DNA of 64,000 bases from NCBI GenBank assembly GCA_965240465.1, contig OZ251219.1, positions 736,001-800,000 of the forward strand, in the 5' to 3' direction. Under the pieces are notes generated by a model. It was not told the origin of the DNA. It made no database searches and was given only the letters and a program-made list of their open reading frames with translations. The translations under genes were made by a program, and so were the position numbers. Below, piece after piece: positions 41,133 through 52,012 of the stretch (positions within the stretch are counted from its first letter, which is position 1; each line of letters starts with the position of its first letter). Source of the stretch: a bacterium. GTDB taxonomy: Bacteria; SAR324; JACQKK01.

Positions 41133-42031
41133 TTTTTCTCACTTAATACTTCGTTCATGGCGCCACTTCTAAAGCCGAGCAGGTCCAAGGATATGTACGT
41201 CCAGCCCAGAGAACTTAATTTTCGCTGTACCATCTGACGTTTCTCCAGTAGCAACTTGAATTCAACAGGAAGCACCTCCAAACGGGCCACTTCTCCATGA
41301 TGGCGAACTCGCAACTGGCTAAATCCTAAGGAATGTAGCCATTCTTCAGCCACTTCAATTCGTTGTAATAGCTGGGGGTTGATGGTCAGTCCGTAGGCTA
41401 CCCGACTAGCCAAGCAGGGAGTTTGTGGTTTATCGGCAATTTTCAGCTGGTAGAAATGTGCCAGAGCCCGCACTTCTTGTTTTCCTATCCCGCACTCTGC
41501 TAGGGGAGCTCGTACCATAAACTCAGCCGCTGCCCGAAGTCCAGGGCGATGTCCTCTAAGGTCATCAGCATTGGTGCCACTAAGGATCACTGCCTCCTTA
41601 GCCAACCGAGAAAGCCTAGCAAATAGGGTGCTCTTGCAAATATAACAACGATCAGCCCCATTAGCACGATAATCCGCTCGGGACATTTCCTCGGTGTGAA
41701 TAACCCGGTGGGACAGCCCCCATTGCTGTGTTAATTTGTAGCAGAGTGCTAAGTCGGAGCGTTTCAAACTGGTGGAATCAGCGGTGACTGCCAGAGCCTG
41801 CTTCCCCAGCTGACGTCCTGCGAGCCACGCCACTAAGGAGCTATCTACTCCGCCTGAAAAGGCTATCACTACCCGCTTAAAAGGAGCAAACCAAGCCTCC
41901 AACGCCAGTCGCTTGGCAGTCAAATCAGAAGACTGCGAGATGGAGGAATCAGCTGCCCGTTTAGATATCGCAACTGGGCTAATAGATTTTCCCAATTCGG
42001 GACGGAAAGTAATCGGTTTGGACATTATCAA
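41129..42031 (-). CDS. larE: LarE-family ATP-dependent sacrificial sulfur transferase
   Basis: AFSGGVDS PP-loop, RCYICK, GTNADD..GHRPG, PCLASR, RVRHH, GFRSGAMN. Confidence 0.88.
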   Translation of the reverse strand: MIMSKPITFRPELGKSISPVAISKRAADSSISQSSDLTAKRLALEAWFAPFKRVVIAFSGGVDSSLVAWLAGRQLGKQALAVTADSTSLKRSDLALCYKLTQQWGLSHRVIHTEEMSRADYRANGADRCYICKSTLFARLSRLAKEAVILSGTNADDLRGHRPGLRAAAEFMVRAPLAECGIGKQEVRALAHFYQLKIADKPQTPCLASRVAYGLTINPQLLQRIEVAEEWLHSLGFSQLRVRHHGEVARLEVLPVEFKLLLEKRQMVQRKLSSLGWTYISLDLLGFRSGAMNEVLSEKK

Positions 42032-42159
42032 CGCTGGTAGAAGAATGCATAAAAGCTCAGCTGGCTATCAGCAGAGACTACCAGATATAAGACAAATATT
42101 CACCGATCAGGGCAATCATAGTTGACAGTCTCGGAGGTAATATGTGAGAGTGCGTCTGG

Positions 42160-42231
42160 TGGCGAGTAGTGGCGAGTAGTGGCGAGTAGTGGCGAGTGGT
42201 TGCGAGTGGTGGCGAGTGGTTGCGAGTGGTG
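42160..42231. repeat. 10-bp tandem repeat x7 upstream of tRNA-Gly
   Basis: GT(G/T)GCGAGT(A/G) repeated. Confidence 0.92.
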
Positions 42232-42249
42232 ACAAATCATATTGATAAA

Positions 42250-42321
42250 GCGGGAATAGCTCAGTGGTAGAGCACAACCTTGCCAAGGTTGGGGTCGCGG
42301 GTTCAAATCCCGTTTCCCGCT
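42250..42321 (+). tRNA. tRNA-Gly (GCC)
   Basis: GCGGGAA/TTCCCGC acceptor stem, loop TTGCCAA, U discriminator. Confidence 0.97.
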
Positions 42322-42337
42322 CTTTTGCCTATTTGTG

Positions 42338-43132
42338 TTATTGAGGGGGGTGCAATTTTACCACATAAGCTTGAGCGAGTTTCGGCTCTAAAGTTGCCAG
42401 ACGGGTTTTTAGCAACTGGGCTTCGCTCTTAGCCAGCGGGAATATTCGGATCTGCTGGATGTTGGTGTTACTACTTCGGAGGGTGTGTATTTTTTCTTGC
42501 GGTACTTTAGTTGCCAATAGCTGCTGATATTTCTCCAGACAAGATTGGGACCGACAGGCAGCTACCTGCAAGGCGAAGGTATCGGTTGTGGTCAGGGTAA
42601 TTTTCCCTATTGTAGTCGGGGCAATTGTAGTCGGGGTAGCAGTAGGAGCAACCGTGTGTTCTACTGGTGAGTTTTTAGTAGCCACTGGAGCAGCTACTGG
42701 GGCAGCTACTGGGGATCTGGTAGCTCTGGGAGAATTTGTCACTGATGTCGGGGGGACCTTCAAGGTTGCCCAGCCCAATAACATTCCCAAGGCGAACAAA
42801 GCTGTCATGGCTCCTGCTGGTTTGGCGAATCTGGAGTTTATCCGAATACTAAAACCACTCGGGTGGCTTTTGGTACCCTGACTGTGAATAACTTGCAAGG
42901 GAGGAAAGGGAGGAAAGGGAGGAAATCGCTTGGCAGCCCTCTGAGGCACCAAAGCAGGAGGTTTTTCGTTTGTGGATGTCGGCGATTTTGTTCCCTCGGG
43001 CTTAGCGGATGAGTTTTTTTCCGAGCTACTGAGTTGCTCAAAGAACACATCCATGTCCACACTAGTGCCATCTGGTGGCTCAGATGGGGATGGAGACTGG
43101 TCTGGCTGCAAAAAACTATCGGGGGCTTCCAT
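42338..43132 (-). CDS. Single-pass membrane protein with P/T-rich linker and C-terminal SPOR-like domain
   Basis: TM segment [19 protein letters not shown]...IRIFP...EA...AYVVK. Confidence 0.6.
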   Translation of the reverse strand: MEAPDSFLQPDQSPSPSEPPDGTSVDMDVFFEQLSSSEKNSSAKPEGTKSPTSTNEKPPALVPQRAAKRFPPFPPFPPLQVIHSQGTKSHPSGFSIRINSRFAKPAGAMTALFALGMLLGWATLKVPPTSVTNSPRATRSPVAAPVAAPVATKNSPVEHTVAPTATPTTIAPTTIGKITLTTTDTFALQVAACRSQSCLEKYQQLLATKVPQEKIHTLRSSNTNIQQIRIFPLAKSEAQLLKTRLATLEPKLAQAYVVKLHPPQ

Positions 43133-43274
43133 GCCAAATTTCTCTTGTTAAGGGTTCGGTAAATTTAATCATTTTCCATGTTGGATAAGCAAGATCCGAG
43201 CCATGACAGCCAAACAGAAAAGCTACAGCTAGCAGCTACAGATAAAAAACTAAGCAAAGGTGTTCTGCCGTTTT

Positions 43275-43943
43275 TCAAGCTTGGTTATGGCGGACTATAT
43301 TACCCTGTGCCATATAGATGACATCTTCGGCTATGTTAGTGGCGTGGTCGGCAATGCGTTCCATGCAGCGGCAGATATTTAATTGGGAGATGAGTGTTTC
43401 CAGTTGGGAGGGGTTTTGTTGCATTTCTTGCAAGGCTTGTTCAAAGATAACCCGATTAAGATCATCTACTTCATCATCCATGATGCGTACTGCTTGGGCT
43501 TGTTGGGAGTTCATATCGGTCATGGATTGGAGGGCTTGTTCAAGCATTTGGCAGGTTTTGGTAATGATGGTGTTCAGTCCTAGGTTGACATCAGATCTAT
43601 TTTGGTTGGCGATGATGGAAACTCTTTTAGAAATGTTGACTGCTAAATCTCCGATACGTTCTAGATCATTATTGATCTTCATTATGGCTACCAGATAACG
43701 CAGGTCGCTGGCTACGGGTTGATAGAGGGCGAGTATCTTCAGGCATTCTTCTTCAATATCCACTTCCATAGCATCAATTTCTTGATCTTTGAGGATTACT
43801 TGCTGAGCTAGTTCGGCATTGAGTTCCTTAAAGGAGCTTATCGCCTGCAGTACTTGCTGGGATACTTGATTTCCCAGCTGCTGGATATTCTCACGCAGCT
43901 TATCAATTTGTCTTTGGAGACGGGGAGGAGTGTCGGTATGCAT
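43275..43943 (-). CDS. phoU: Phosphate signalling protein PhoU
   Basis: YQPVASDLR, DLERIGDLA, ERIADHATNIAE. Confidence 0.98.
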   Translation of the reverse strand: MHTDTPPRLQRQIDKLRENIQQLGNQVSQQVLQAISSFKELNAELAQQVILKDQEIDAMEVDIEEECLKILALYQPVASDLRYLVAIMKINNDLERIGDLAVNISKRVSIIANQNRSDVNLGLNTIITKTCQMLEQALQSMTDMNSQQAQAVRIMDDEVDDLNRVIFEQALQEMQQNPSQLETLISQLNICRCMERIADHATNIAEDVIYMAQGNIVRHNQA

Positions 43944-43972
43944 TTTGAGGTCTTAGTGGAGGGGGGGGGGGT

Positions 43973-44153
43973 GCGGGTATGGTGTCGGGATTGCGGGTGT
44001 TATTGCGGTGTTATTGCTGGGGGTGCGGGTATGGTGTCGGGATTGCGGGTGTTATTGCGGTGTTATTGCTGGGGGTGCGGGTATGGTGTCGGGATTGCGG
44101 GTGTTATTGCGGTGTTATTGCTGGGGGTGCGGGTATGGTGTCGGGATTGCGGG
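43973..44153. repeat. 52-bp G/T-rich perfect tandem repeat x3.5, preceded by a G11 tract (43961-43971)
   Basis: Units start at 43973, 44025, 44077, 44129; no spacers. Confidence 0.96.
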
Positions 44154-44165
44154 GGGTGGGGGGTG

Positions 44166-45044
44166 TTAGCCGAAGCGTCCAGTGATGTAGTTTTCGGTGC
44201 TAAGACACTTTGGTTGGGTGAACAGGTTTCGGGTTTTGTTGTACTCTAGCAATTTACCCAGATAAAGAAAAGCAGTGTAGTCCGATACCCGTGCGGCTTG
44301 CTGCATGTTATGGGTGACGATGATGACAGTATAGTCCTTTTTAAGTTGACTAATCAATTCTTCAATGCGGGCGGTAGCAATGGGGTCTAGAGCCGAGCAG
44401 GGTTCATCCATGAGGATTATTTCTGGGTTGATGGCGATGGCTCGGGCGATACAGAGTCTTTGCATTTGACCTCCTGAGAGTCCCAGTGCTGATTCGTGCA
44501 ATCTGGTTTTCACTTCATCCCAGAGGGCAGCCGCCCGCAGGCTTTTTTCGGCTTTTTCTTCTAAGGTTTGGCGATCATTTATTCCCGCAATGCGGAGGCC
44601 GTAAATAGTATTTTCATAGATGGACTTAGAAAAGGGATTTGATTGCTGAAAGACCATCCCTACCTTTTGTCGGAGGGCGATAACATCCAGTTCGGCTTGG
44701 TTGATATCTTGATTGTCTAGTAGGATACGTCCTTGGGTGTGGACGCTTTCCACTAGGTCGTTCATGCGATTTAAGGCTCGTAGCAGGGTGGATTTTCCAC
44801 AGCCTGAGGGTCCAATGAAAGCGGTGACCCTACCTTTGGGGATATCCATGTTGAGGTCGGAAATGGCAGGCTGCGGGCCATACGATATAGACAGGTCTTC
44901 AATTTTTAGCAGGGGTTTGGAGATCTGAATACAGAAATGTTTCGGTCTTTTGCTGTTATGGGTGGGGCTACCCGAGGACAGACTAGCAGCTGGGTACTTG
45001 GGTAGCTTAACAGCATGAGTAGGAGTTTTTTCTTCCATGGACAA
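44166..45044 (-). CDS. pstB: Phosphate ABC transporter ATP-binding protein
   Basis: [38 protein letters not shown]. Confidence 0.98.
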   Translation of the reverse strand: MSMEEKTPTHAVKLPKYPAASLSSGSPTHNSKRPKHFCIQISKPLLKIEDLSISYGPQPAISDLNMDIPKGRVTAFIGPSGCGKSTLLRALNRMNDLVESVHTQGRILLDNQDINQAELDVIALRQKVGMVFQQSNPFSKSIYENTIYGLRIAGINDRQTLEEKAEKSLRAAALWDEVKTRLHESALGLSGGQMQRLCIARAIAINPEIILMDEPCSALDPIATARIEELISQLKKDYTVIIVTHNMQQAARVSDYTAFLYLGKLLEYNKTRNLFTQPKCLSTENYITGRFG

Positions 45045-45120
45045 TTAAGATTAGGCGATTAGGAGATTAGGCGATTAAGATTAGGAGATTAAGATTAGGA
45101 GATTAGGCGATTAAGATTGA
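45045..45120. repeat. Mosaic 6-8 bp repeat directly upstream of the pstB start
   Basis: ATTAAG, ATTAGGCG and ATTAGGAG units. Confidence 0.85.
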
Positions 45121-45247
45121 GCAATTAAATTGGTATGCAAACAATGAATAATAGCAAGAGATTAAAAAATAGGAGGGACAAATAGAAAAAAGGGGTACTG
45201 ATCATCTGAGCAAAAACTGCCAAAAGCCTATCAGGTACTACAGCAAG

Positions 45248-46864
45248 CTAGAAGGCACTCCCTTGGTAATAGCGGCGCATGCGATTACGCAACCAGATGC
45301 CAGTCAGGCTGATAATAATGACGATAAATATCAGCAGTAAAGAGGTAAAATAGACCAAAGGTTCGGCGGCTTCGGCATTGGGAGATTGAAAGCCAAGATC
45401 AAAGATATGGAATGCCAAGCTCATGAATTTACGCTCCAGATGAATATAAGGGAAGGTAGCATCAAGAGGCAATTGAGGAGCAAGTTTAACTACTCCCGTG
45501 AGCATGAGGGGGGCAGTTTCGCCAGCAGCTCTAGCGATTGCTAGTACGAAGCCAGTTAGGATACCAGGGGTGGACATCGGTAGGACTACTCGGGTGAGGG
45601 TTTGAAAGCGGGTGGAACCCAGGGCGTAGGCTGCTTGTCGCATGCCCTTGGGAATGGAAGATAAACCCTCTTCTGTAGCTACGATGACCACTGGTACCGT
45701 CAGCAGTGCCATAGTGAGACTAGCCCAAAGAATACCTCCACTGCCAAAGGTGGGGGTAGGCAATCTTTCGGGGAAGAAGAAATGGTCCAGTCCGCCACCT
45801 ACTCCATAAATGAAGAATCCCAGCCCAAAGATGCCAAATACAATGGATGGCACCCCAGCCAGATTATACACAGCTACCCGCACCAATCGTAACAGAAATC
45901 CTTCTTTGGCGTATTCACAGAGATAAATGGCAGTTAGGACGCCCAAGGGAATACAAAATATACTCATTAAAAATACCAACAGGACAGTGCCAAAAATGGC
46001 TGGGGCAAGTCCTCCTTCGGTGTTGGCTTCGCGGGGTGAATGGGTCAGGGTGGTAGTCAGCTTCTTGAGGGATACCCATATTTTGCCGGGCAAAGACATA
46101 TCATTAGGAGCAATCACTCGTACAATGTCTATCATGGCGATCGGAATGAGCTGCCCTCGGCTATCTTGGAACAGGGCTTGATTACGCTCCAGCCGTTTCA
46201 GCTTGATTTGTAGCTGGAGTCGTTTTTGCTCAAATGTATCTGCCAGTTGCTGCTGGTGGATCTCCAAATTTTGGATGGTCTGAGCATTTTCGGTTGCATC
46301 CCGCCAGCTAAGCCGCAATGCCTTTAAGCGTAGGCGTTCTTGACGCTGTGAGATGGAACTAAGGTCGTGCTGTTGCTTCTTCAGGGTGGTGTACTGCTGG
46401 CGAACGGTTTTCAGGACAGATCGCCAAGGAATGGATAGCGTAGCTGTGGATTTTATGCTCGGGTCATGTAGCAATGCGTGGAAGCGTCCATAGAAATCCC
46501 CAAATTCTTCTCTTTCTAGTACCAGTAGTCCTCTGGGTTTGGAGTAAGAAGCTACTTTCTCAAATGAGACCCATTGAAATTCGTTGGAGAGTTCTCGGTT
46601 GCCCGTTTTCAGCTTCCAGTTGGCAGGCTGTTCCTTATTAGGAGGGACCTTCTCGCGTAGCTGTCCCCAAACAACCAGCCCTGATTTTAGTCGTAGCTCC
46701 AAAACATCTTGAGGCCACAAAAACCTGAGACCATTCACCAGCAACAATCCCATCAGTAAAAAAGCCATCAGCAAGGTGAAGCTCACTACTCCCCCAGACA
46801 GCCAGACCCACCTCTCCCCTTGAGGAACTGAACCAGCAGATAAACAGGAAACCTTCTTAAACAT
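45248..46864 (-). CDS. pstA: Phosphate ABC transporter permease PstA (long form)
   Basis: PREANTEGG..PAIFGT, NLAGVPSIVFG, ARAAGETAPL. Confidence 0.95.
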   Translation of the reverse strand: MFKKVSCLSAGSVPQGERWVWLSGGVVSFTLLMAFLLMGLLLVNGLRFLWPQDVLELRLKSGLVVWGQLREKVPPNKEQPANWKLKTGNRELSNEFQWVSFEKVASYSKPRGLLVLEREEFGDFYGRFHALLHDPSIKSTATLSIPWRSVLKTVRQQYTTLKKQQHDLSSISQRQERLRLKALRLSWRDATENAQTIQNLEIHQQQLADTFEQKRLQLQIKLKRLERNQALFQDSRGQLIPIAMIDIVRVIAPNDMSLPGKIWVSLKKLTTTLTHSPREANTEGGLAPAIFGTVLLVFLMSIFCIPLGVLTAIYLCEYAKEGFLLRLVRVAVYNLAGVPSIVFGIFGLGFFIYGVGGGLDHFFFPERLPTPTFGSGGILWASLTMALLTVPVVIVATEEGLSSIPKGMRQAAYALGSTRFQTLTRVVLPMSTPGILTGFVLAIARAAGETAPLMLTGVVKLAPQLPLDATFPYIHLERKFMSLAFHIFDLGFQSPNAEAAEPLVYFTSLLLIFIVIIISLTGIWLRNRMRRYYQGSAF

Positions 46865-46873
46865 GGATAGGTC

Positions 46874-49180
46874 TTAATGACGAGAAAATTTATAACGCAA
46901 ACGGGAACGCACCAATTCGGCTAAGGAGTTAATGATAAAGGTAGCCATAAACAACAGGGTAGCCGTTAGAAACAGGGTACGGTACAAGGTGCTATCTCGG
47001 GGTGCTTCGGGGACTTCCACCGCAATGTTGGCAGAGATGGTACGCATGCCAGTAAAAATGCTAGCATCAATAATGGGAGTATTCCCCGCCGCCATTAAGA
47101 CAATCATGGTCTCACCTACTGCTCGTCCTAGCCCCAGCATCAAAGCCGCAAAGATGCCCGCACTGGCAGCAGGTAAGATCACTCGCCACAGGGTCTGCCA
47201 GCGAGAAGCCCCCAAGGCTAAGGAAGCCGCCGTCAAGCGACGAGGTACATTGCTTAAGGCATCCTCAGAAATGCTGAAAATGCTGGGAACAACTGCAAAA
47301 CCTAAGGCAATGGCAATCACAATGGCATTGCGTTGATCGTAGTAAATATCCCAGCGCTGAAACAACCATTCAGTCAGAGGACCCTTAAGCCAAAATTTGT
47401 CTAGCAGACTGCCCAGCCAACCAGCCAAGAAAATACTCACCACTACTAGGGGTACGACTGCTAAAAATTCTCTGCTGCGGAAAAACTTCAGCCAACCCCA
47501 AGAATACGAAAACTTGTTCACCAAAGCCATTAACACTAAAATAACTACTGGTAACAAACCCAGACCAAGCAATATACTGCTGAGGCTAGTTTCCACTAAG
47601 GGTGCAAGCCAAAAGGCAGCCAAAAAACCTAAAATCACCGTTGGTACAGCATCCATCAGTTCAAAAATGGGTTTGACAATGTTTCGTAGCCGAGTTTCCA
47701 TCATTTGGCTGGCGTACATGGCACTAAACACACCCAAGGGGGCTGCAAATAGCATTCCGTAAAAAGTAGCTTTCAAGGTACCAAACACTAAGGGTATTAA
47801 GCTCAGCTTGGGTTCGGTATCTTCTGCAGTGGAGGACTGCCAGATATACTCTGGCTTTTGGTATCCCTCATAAAAAATCCGACCAAAAAAAGCTCTCAGC
47901 CCTCCTTCAGGATGGGAAGCATCCAGCTCCCAAATGCTGGCTCTCCCCTGATAATCAAGAGCAAAAATACTCTGATCCCGCAAATCTAGAGCTGCCATAG
48001 CTAAGATATCTCCAGCTTCTTTAGGACCAGACAAAGGCAAATCTGCCAAAACACGACCACTAGTATTATGACTAAAAGCCACCGTGCCATCATCTGCCAA
48101 GCTGAGCAAACTCTTAGAGCGTGAAGCAGTCACAATTTGTTGCACTGGAGCCTCGTGTGCCTGCCAAGTACGCAGAGCCGTCAATTCTGGTGTAATTGAG
48201 GACTCGCCAGAGGGAGTGGTAAAAACGGGCACTTTTATAACTAGCCAGCTACTGATGCGTCCATTTGCATGCCCTGCCAAGAGGGTATCATCACCCAGTA
48301 GCAAACTGAGGGCAGTTATCGTAGCCAGTCCACTTTGTTGACTGATGACCGCTAAAGGACCTGGGGGAGTGTCTTCATCAGCATGCCAGTAAAACAGCCG
48401 ATCCCCATAAGCCGCATAGGCATTACGCCCATCGGCACTGAGAGCCAACAAGGGAGGCTCGGTATTCTCGCCTGTATTCGTCGCGGATAAGATCCAGTCT
48501 TGATGGATGTTCTCTCCATCTCCAAACAAGCCTTCAGTTTTTCGCCAGTGTTCCAGCAGCAAGCGTCCATCGGGGAGCAGGCTAAGACGGCTATCAGATT
48601 GAGGGTTTTGTCGGAGAATTGCGTTCAGGGGCAGTCCTGAGCTAGCAGGTGAAATGGTAGATAAATTGGCAGGTGCTGATTGCTGACTAAGAATCTCCCA
48701 GTGAGGTACAATGGTGCGTTGTTGATCCTCATCAAACTGGGGCTTGACCCCGATGATTACTAAGCTGCTGGCAGCGTTTTTCCAGAACAAGCTGTAGCGA
48801 CCGTGACCGAGCGAGTGAACGTGCTTTAATTGCGAGCCTTTTCCGATGGTATTCAGGTTGTATTGGGCTTGGATTTCGCCTGAGTTTAGCTCAAAGAATT
48901 GCAGTTGGCTTTTCTGGTTGATGGTGAATCCGAGCTGTTTATATTCTCCGATCCCCAAGAGCAGTATTTTATCCTTTTTTAACGCCTGTTCCAGTGGGAG
49001 TTGCTGTACTAGCTTCAGTCTGGCGGGTGAGAACAAAGGCAAGGCTACCGTGGCTATCAAAGCCAACATGCCTAGCACGCAGACGATGACCCCAACCCCA
49101 CCCGCAGTTACTATTCCAGTTGCCAGTTTATCTAGGTACTTGGCGCGGTATTTTCGGTTGATTTTTTTACTAGCTAACAA
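46874..49180 (-). CDS. pstC: Phosphate ABC transporter permease PstC (long form with beta-propeller-like insert)
   Basis: PLVFGTLKAT, KPIFELM.AVPTV, YDQRN, GRAVGETMIVLM. Confidence 0.93.
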   Translation of the reverse strand: MLASKKINRKYRAKYLDKLATGIVTAGGVGVIVCVLGMLALIATVALPLFSPARLKLVQQLPLEQALKKDKILLLGIGEYKQLGFTINQKSQLQFFELNSGEIQAQYNLNTIGKGSQLKHVHSLGHGRYSLFWKNAASSLVIIGVKPQFDEDQQRTIVPHWEILSQQSAPANLSTISPASSGLPLNAILRQNPQSDSRLSLLPDGRLLLEHWRKTEGLFGDGENIHQDWILSATNTGENTEPPLLALSADGRNAYAAYGDRLFYWHADEDTPPGPLAVISQQSGLATITALSLLLGDDTLLAGHANGRISSWLVIKVPVFTTPSGESSITPELTALRTWQAHEAPVQQIVTASRSKSLLSLADDGTVAFSHNTSGRVLADLPLSGPKEAGDILAMAALDLRDQSIFALDYQGRASIWELDASHPEGGLRAFFGRIFYEGYQKPEYIWQSSTAEDTEPKLSLIPLVFGTLKATFYGMLFAAPLGVFSAMYASQMMETRLRNIVKPIFELMDAVPTVILGFLAAFWLAPLVETSLSSILLGLGLLPVVILVLMALVNKFSYSWGWLKFFRSREFLAVVPLVVVSIFLAGWLGSLLDKFWLKGPLTEWLFQRWDIYYDQRNAIVIAIALGFAVVPSIFSISEDALSNVPRRLTAASLALGASRWQTLWRVILPAASAGIFAALMLGLGRAVGETMIVLMAAGNTPIIDASIFTGMRTISANIAVEVPEAPRDSTLYRTLFLTATLLFMATFIINSLAELVRSRLRYKFSRH

Positions 49181-49304
49181 ATAGACATTCTTTCTTGAGA
49201 GACGCCAAGCGGTACCGTCCTACCCAAAAAAGGCAATGGGTGTATATTGGCCTTATCCATTGCTGGAAATGTTTAAGTACAAGCGGGGCTAGTAGAAGGC
49301 TCAC

Positions 49305-50330
49305 TTACAGTCCTAATTTTTTTCTTATTTTACGGGCTTCTTTATAAGGCAAGGGGAAGTAGCCATCTTTTATCACCACTTGTTGACCCTCTTTGGATAA
49401 AACCAAGTCCAAGAAATTCTTCGTTAGGGAGTCCAAGGGTTTTTTGGGCTGTTTAGCCACATAGATATACAGCAGTCTGGATAAAGGATAATTGCCATTT
49501 AAGGCAGCTTGGGGAGTAGGAGCATAAAAGCGGCCTTTTCTCTTGCCTAAAGGGACTATTCTCACGTCTGCAGTGCTGTAGCCGAAGCCACTATAACCTA
49601 TTCCAGCTACATCCCCAGCTACGCCACCGACCACCGCAGAAGATCCAGGTTGCTCCTTTACTACCGAGCGATAATCACCCCTAAACAAGGCTACCTTCTT
49701 GAAATAGTCATAAGTCCCCGAGGCAGAATTACGACCATAAAGACTAATTGCTCGCTTGGTTAAGCTCCCCTTCACTCCGACTTGCCCCCAAGTGACAATT
49801 CTCTTGGGACTACCTCCTTTGCGAGTACTGGAAAACATTGCATCCAGCTGAACTAAACTCAATCCCTGGATGGGGTTGCTTCGGTGAACATAAATCGCTA
49901 AGGCATCTACCGCGACTGGCACTTGAGTCGGCTTGTATCCATGCTTATTCTCAAAAGACTCCAGCTCTTTCAGCTTCATTGCCCGAGACATCGGACCTAG
50001 CCTAGTAACGCCCTCAGTCAGGGCGGGTGGAGCCGTGCCAGAACCCTTGCCCTCTATCTGAACATTCACATTGGGATAGTAAGAACGAAATCGCTCCGCC
50101 CACAAGGTCATTAGATTATTGAGCGTGTCGGAACCAATGCTGTTCAAATTACCGCTCACCCCAGCCTGATGCCGATATGCAGGATAGGCTTTATCCACCT
50201 TAGTCTGTGCCTGCGATGCCGATGCTGATGACAACCCCATAAATGCTACCCCCATAAATGCCACCCCTAATACCAGAAAAGCCCTAACACGAACTAGGAG
50301 CCTAATTCTGGAATCAACTAGATCTGCCAT
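49305..50330 (-). CDS. pstS: Phosphate-binding periplasmic protein
   Basis: [34 protein letters not shown]; in-frame GVAFM duplication in signal peptide. Confidence 0.96.
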   Translation of the reverse strand: MADLVDSRIRLLVRVRAFLVLGVAFMGVAFMGLSSASASQAQTKVDKAYPAYRHQAGVSGNLNSIGSDTLNNLMTLWAERFRSYYPNVNVQIEGKGSGTAPPALTEGVTRLGPMSRAMKLKELESFENKHGYKPTQVPVAVDALAIYVHRSNPIQGLSLVQLDAMFSSTRKGGSPKRIVTWGQVGVKGSLTKRAISLYGRNSASGTYDYFKKVALFRGDYRSVVKEQPGSSAVVGGVAGDVAGIGYSGFGYSTADVRIVPLGKRKGRFYAPTPQAALNGNYPLSRLLYIYVAKQPKKPLDSLTKNFLDLVLSKEGQQVVIKDGYFPLPYKEARKIRKKLGL

Positions 50331-50659
50331 CGCCTGTTTCCCTATTCTATGTCTTCTGATGGTGTTGCCTTATGGAATGCTCGGCTTCATAAAAACATGC
50401 CCTCATTATCTCTATCTGGATTGAAAGCATTGTCAACTATTTTCAACATTTTTGCCCATAAAAACCCATCTCAAGTAGATGAATTGCTAACTAAACAAGT
50501 ACCTGCTACAATGTGAATTGTCGCTGATTATGTGCCAATACCAGCCATGTAATGGTGGGGTAAGCGGTAGAGTAGTCTCTACAGTAGACCAGCAATCAAT
50601 AGGTGGTTGTTGTATTTGGGGGGTTGTTTTGGATACGAAAAATTGATAAGGAGAAATGA

Positions 50660-51157
50660 ATGTTATCAACAAATATTAACTCAGTAAAAAACTACTGTTC
50701 AGGGAGTACTTTTACCTATTTCCTCAATAAAAGTTGGCTGCTGGGGTTGTTTCTGGGATTGTTTCTGGTATTGGCATCGGGGGTACTCCCAGGATGCTCA
50801 GATAAAACGACTGGTGTATCGGAAGGGACCATTGATAATCCTAATATATTTACCTACGCCCCTAACCTCAGGCTAACAGGCACGGTGGGAGATGTAAGTA
50901 GCTATTACAAGGTGAAAGGTTTATCGGGAGGCACGATTTATGATATATCCATCAGTGGCTTTGATGAAAACCTTGACCTATTTGTATATGAAAATGGTTT
51001 CCAGGAAACCTCATTCTGCGAGGTAACAGGGAACGATAGAGTAAAAATCTGTCAGGTAACCTTGGCTGCAAGTAGTGAACTTGTATATTTGGAGATCAGA
51101 CCGACAGCATATCAAGATGGCACTAGATTTAGCCTATTCGTTGTAGAGAGACCATAA
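50660..51157 (+). CDS. Probable lipoprotein with PPC-like beta-sandwich domain
   Basis: Hydrophobic signal ending LPGC; NLDLFVY motif. Confidence 0.6.
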   Translation: MLSTNINSVKNYCSGSTFTYFLNKSWLLGLFLGLFLVLASGVLPGCSDKTTGVSEGTIDNPNIFTYAPNLRLTGTVGDVSSYYKVKGLSGGTIYDISISGFDENLDLFVYENGFQETSFCEVTGNDRVKICQVTLAASSELVYLEIRPTAYQDGTRFSLFVVERP

Positions 51158-51190
51158 CTAATGCTGGTTGTGATTGACTAGCTAGTGAGA

Positions 51191-51958
51191 TCAAGACGCG
51201 TTCCAGCAGATGCTAAATATCCAAGGGTGCTGCTGGAACAAGAGCCCAGTGCCAGTTACTAGCTCGGGGAGGCTACCTTGGGCTTGCCAGCGGATTTTTT
51301 GCCAGTGTTTATCGGGGGGGGACTTGGTGAGTTGAATGTTGATGTCTGGGAATTTAATCCAGGTTTGCCAGCGAGGATAAAGGGCTTTGAAGATGCTCTC
51401 CTTGGCAGAAAAATATCCTAGTAGATCTGGTAGCTGATATTCAGCCGCAGGGGGAGGAGTAGTGTCGGCAGGAGTAGTATCGGCAGGAGTAGTGTCGGCG
51501 GGGGGGGTGTGTGTGTCAGGGGTAGTCTTTAGGTGGTGGGATTCGGTAGGGGATAGGATTCGGCGTGCCAAGCGGTCGGCATCCAAGCTGGGCCTGTGAT
51601 GCTCTAAATCAACTCCGAAGGGCGAGCATTGTTTCTGCAAACCGACCACTGCTACCGCCCAACCACCAGCATGGCTGATGCTCCCTCTGACTCCCTCGGG
51701 CCAAATAGGCAAGCCTCGTTCACTGCGTCCGATGGGGTCTGGTTTTCGGTGAGGAGATAATTGGCTCAGGGCTTGATAGGCTGCTTCTCGCCCGAGTAGG
51801 AAATCTTTACGCCTTTGGGGGTGGGCTTTGGCAGGTAGAAGCAGGTCGTGAGGGAGGGGGTCGGGGATATTATAATCTGGTGAGAGCAGTACCAGTTGCA
51901 GACCCTTGGGCATTAAAGGATGCTTCAAATTTAGCAGGCGGGGCTGCAAAGCGGTCAT
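51191..51958 (-). CDS. 4'-phosphopantetheinyl transferase (EntD/Sfp-like)
   Basis: R..DFLLGR, PIWP.G.RGSISH, GVDLE, FSAKESIFKA; in-frame PADTT repeat. Confidence 0.92.
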   Translation of the reverse strand: MTALQPRLLNLKHPLMPKGLQLVLLSPDYNIPDPLPHDLLLPAKAHPQRRKDFLLGREAAYQALSQLSPHRKPDPIGRSERGLPIWPEGVRGSISHAGGWAVAVVGLQKQCSPFGVDLEHHRPSLDADRLARRILSPTESHHLKTTPDTHTPPADTTPADTTPADTTPPPAAEYQLPDLLGYFSAKESIFKALYPRWQTWIKFPDINIQLTKSPPDKHWQKIRWQAQGSLPELVTGTGLLFQQHPWIFSICWNAS

Positions 51959-52012
51959 AACATCAGAGCAGAAAAGAAGCGAGGAGGTATTTACTTGAAA
52001 GTTGCCTAGTAG

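Noticed and set aside
43973-44153. 52-bp repeats as a CRISPR array
   Set aside because: Head-to-tail copies with no unique spacers, and no cas genes in the window
50425-50460. Pho box upstream of pstS
   Set aside because: TGTCAAC/TTTCAAC are 10 bp apart and in the wrong orientation; too weak to call
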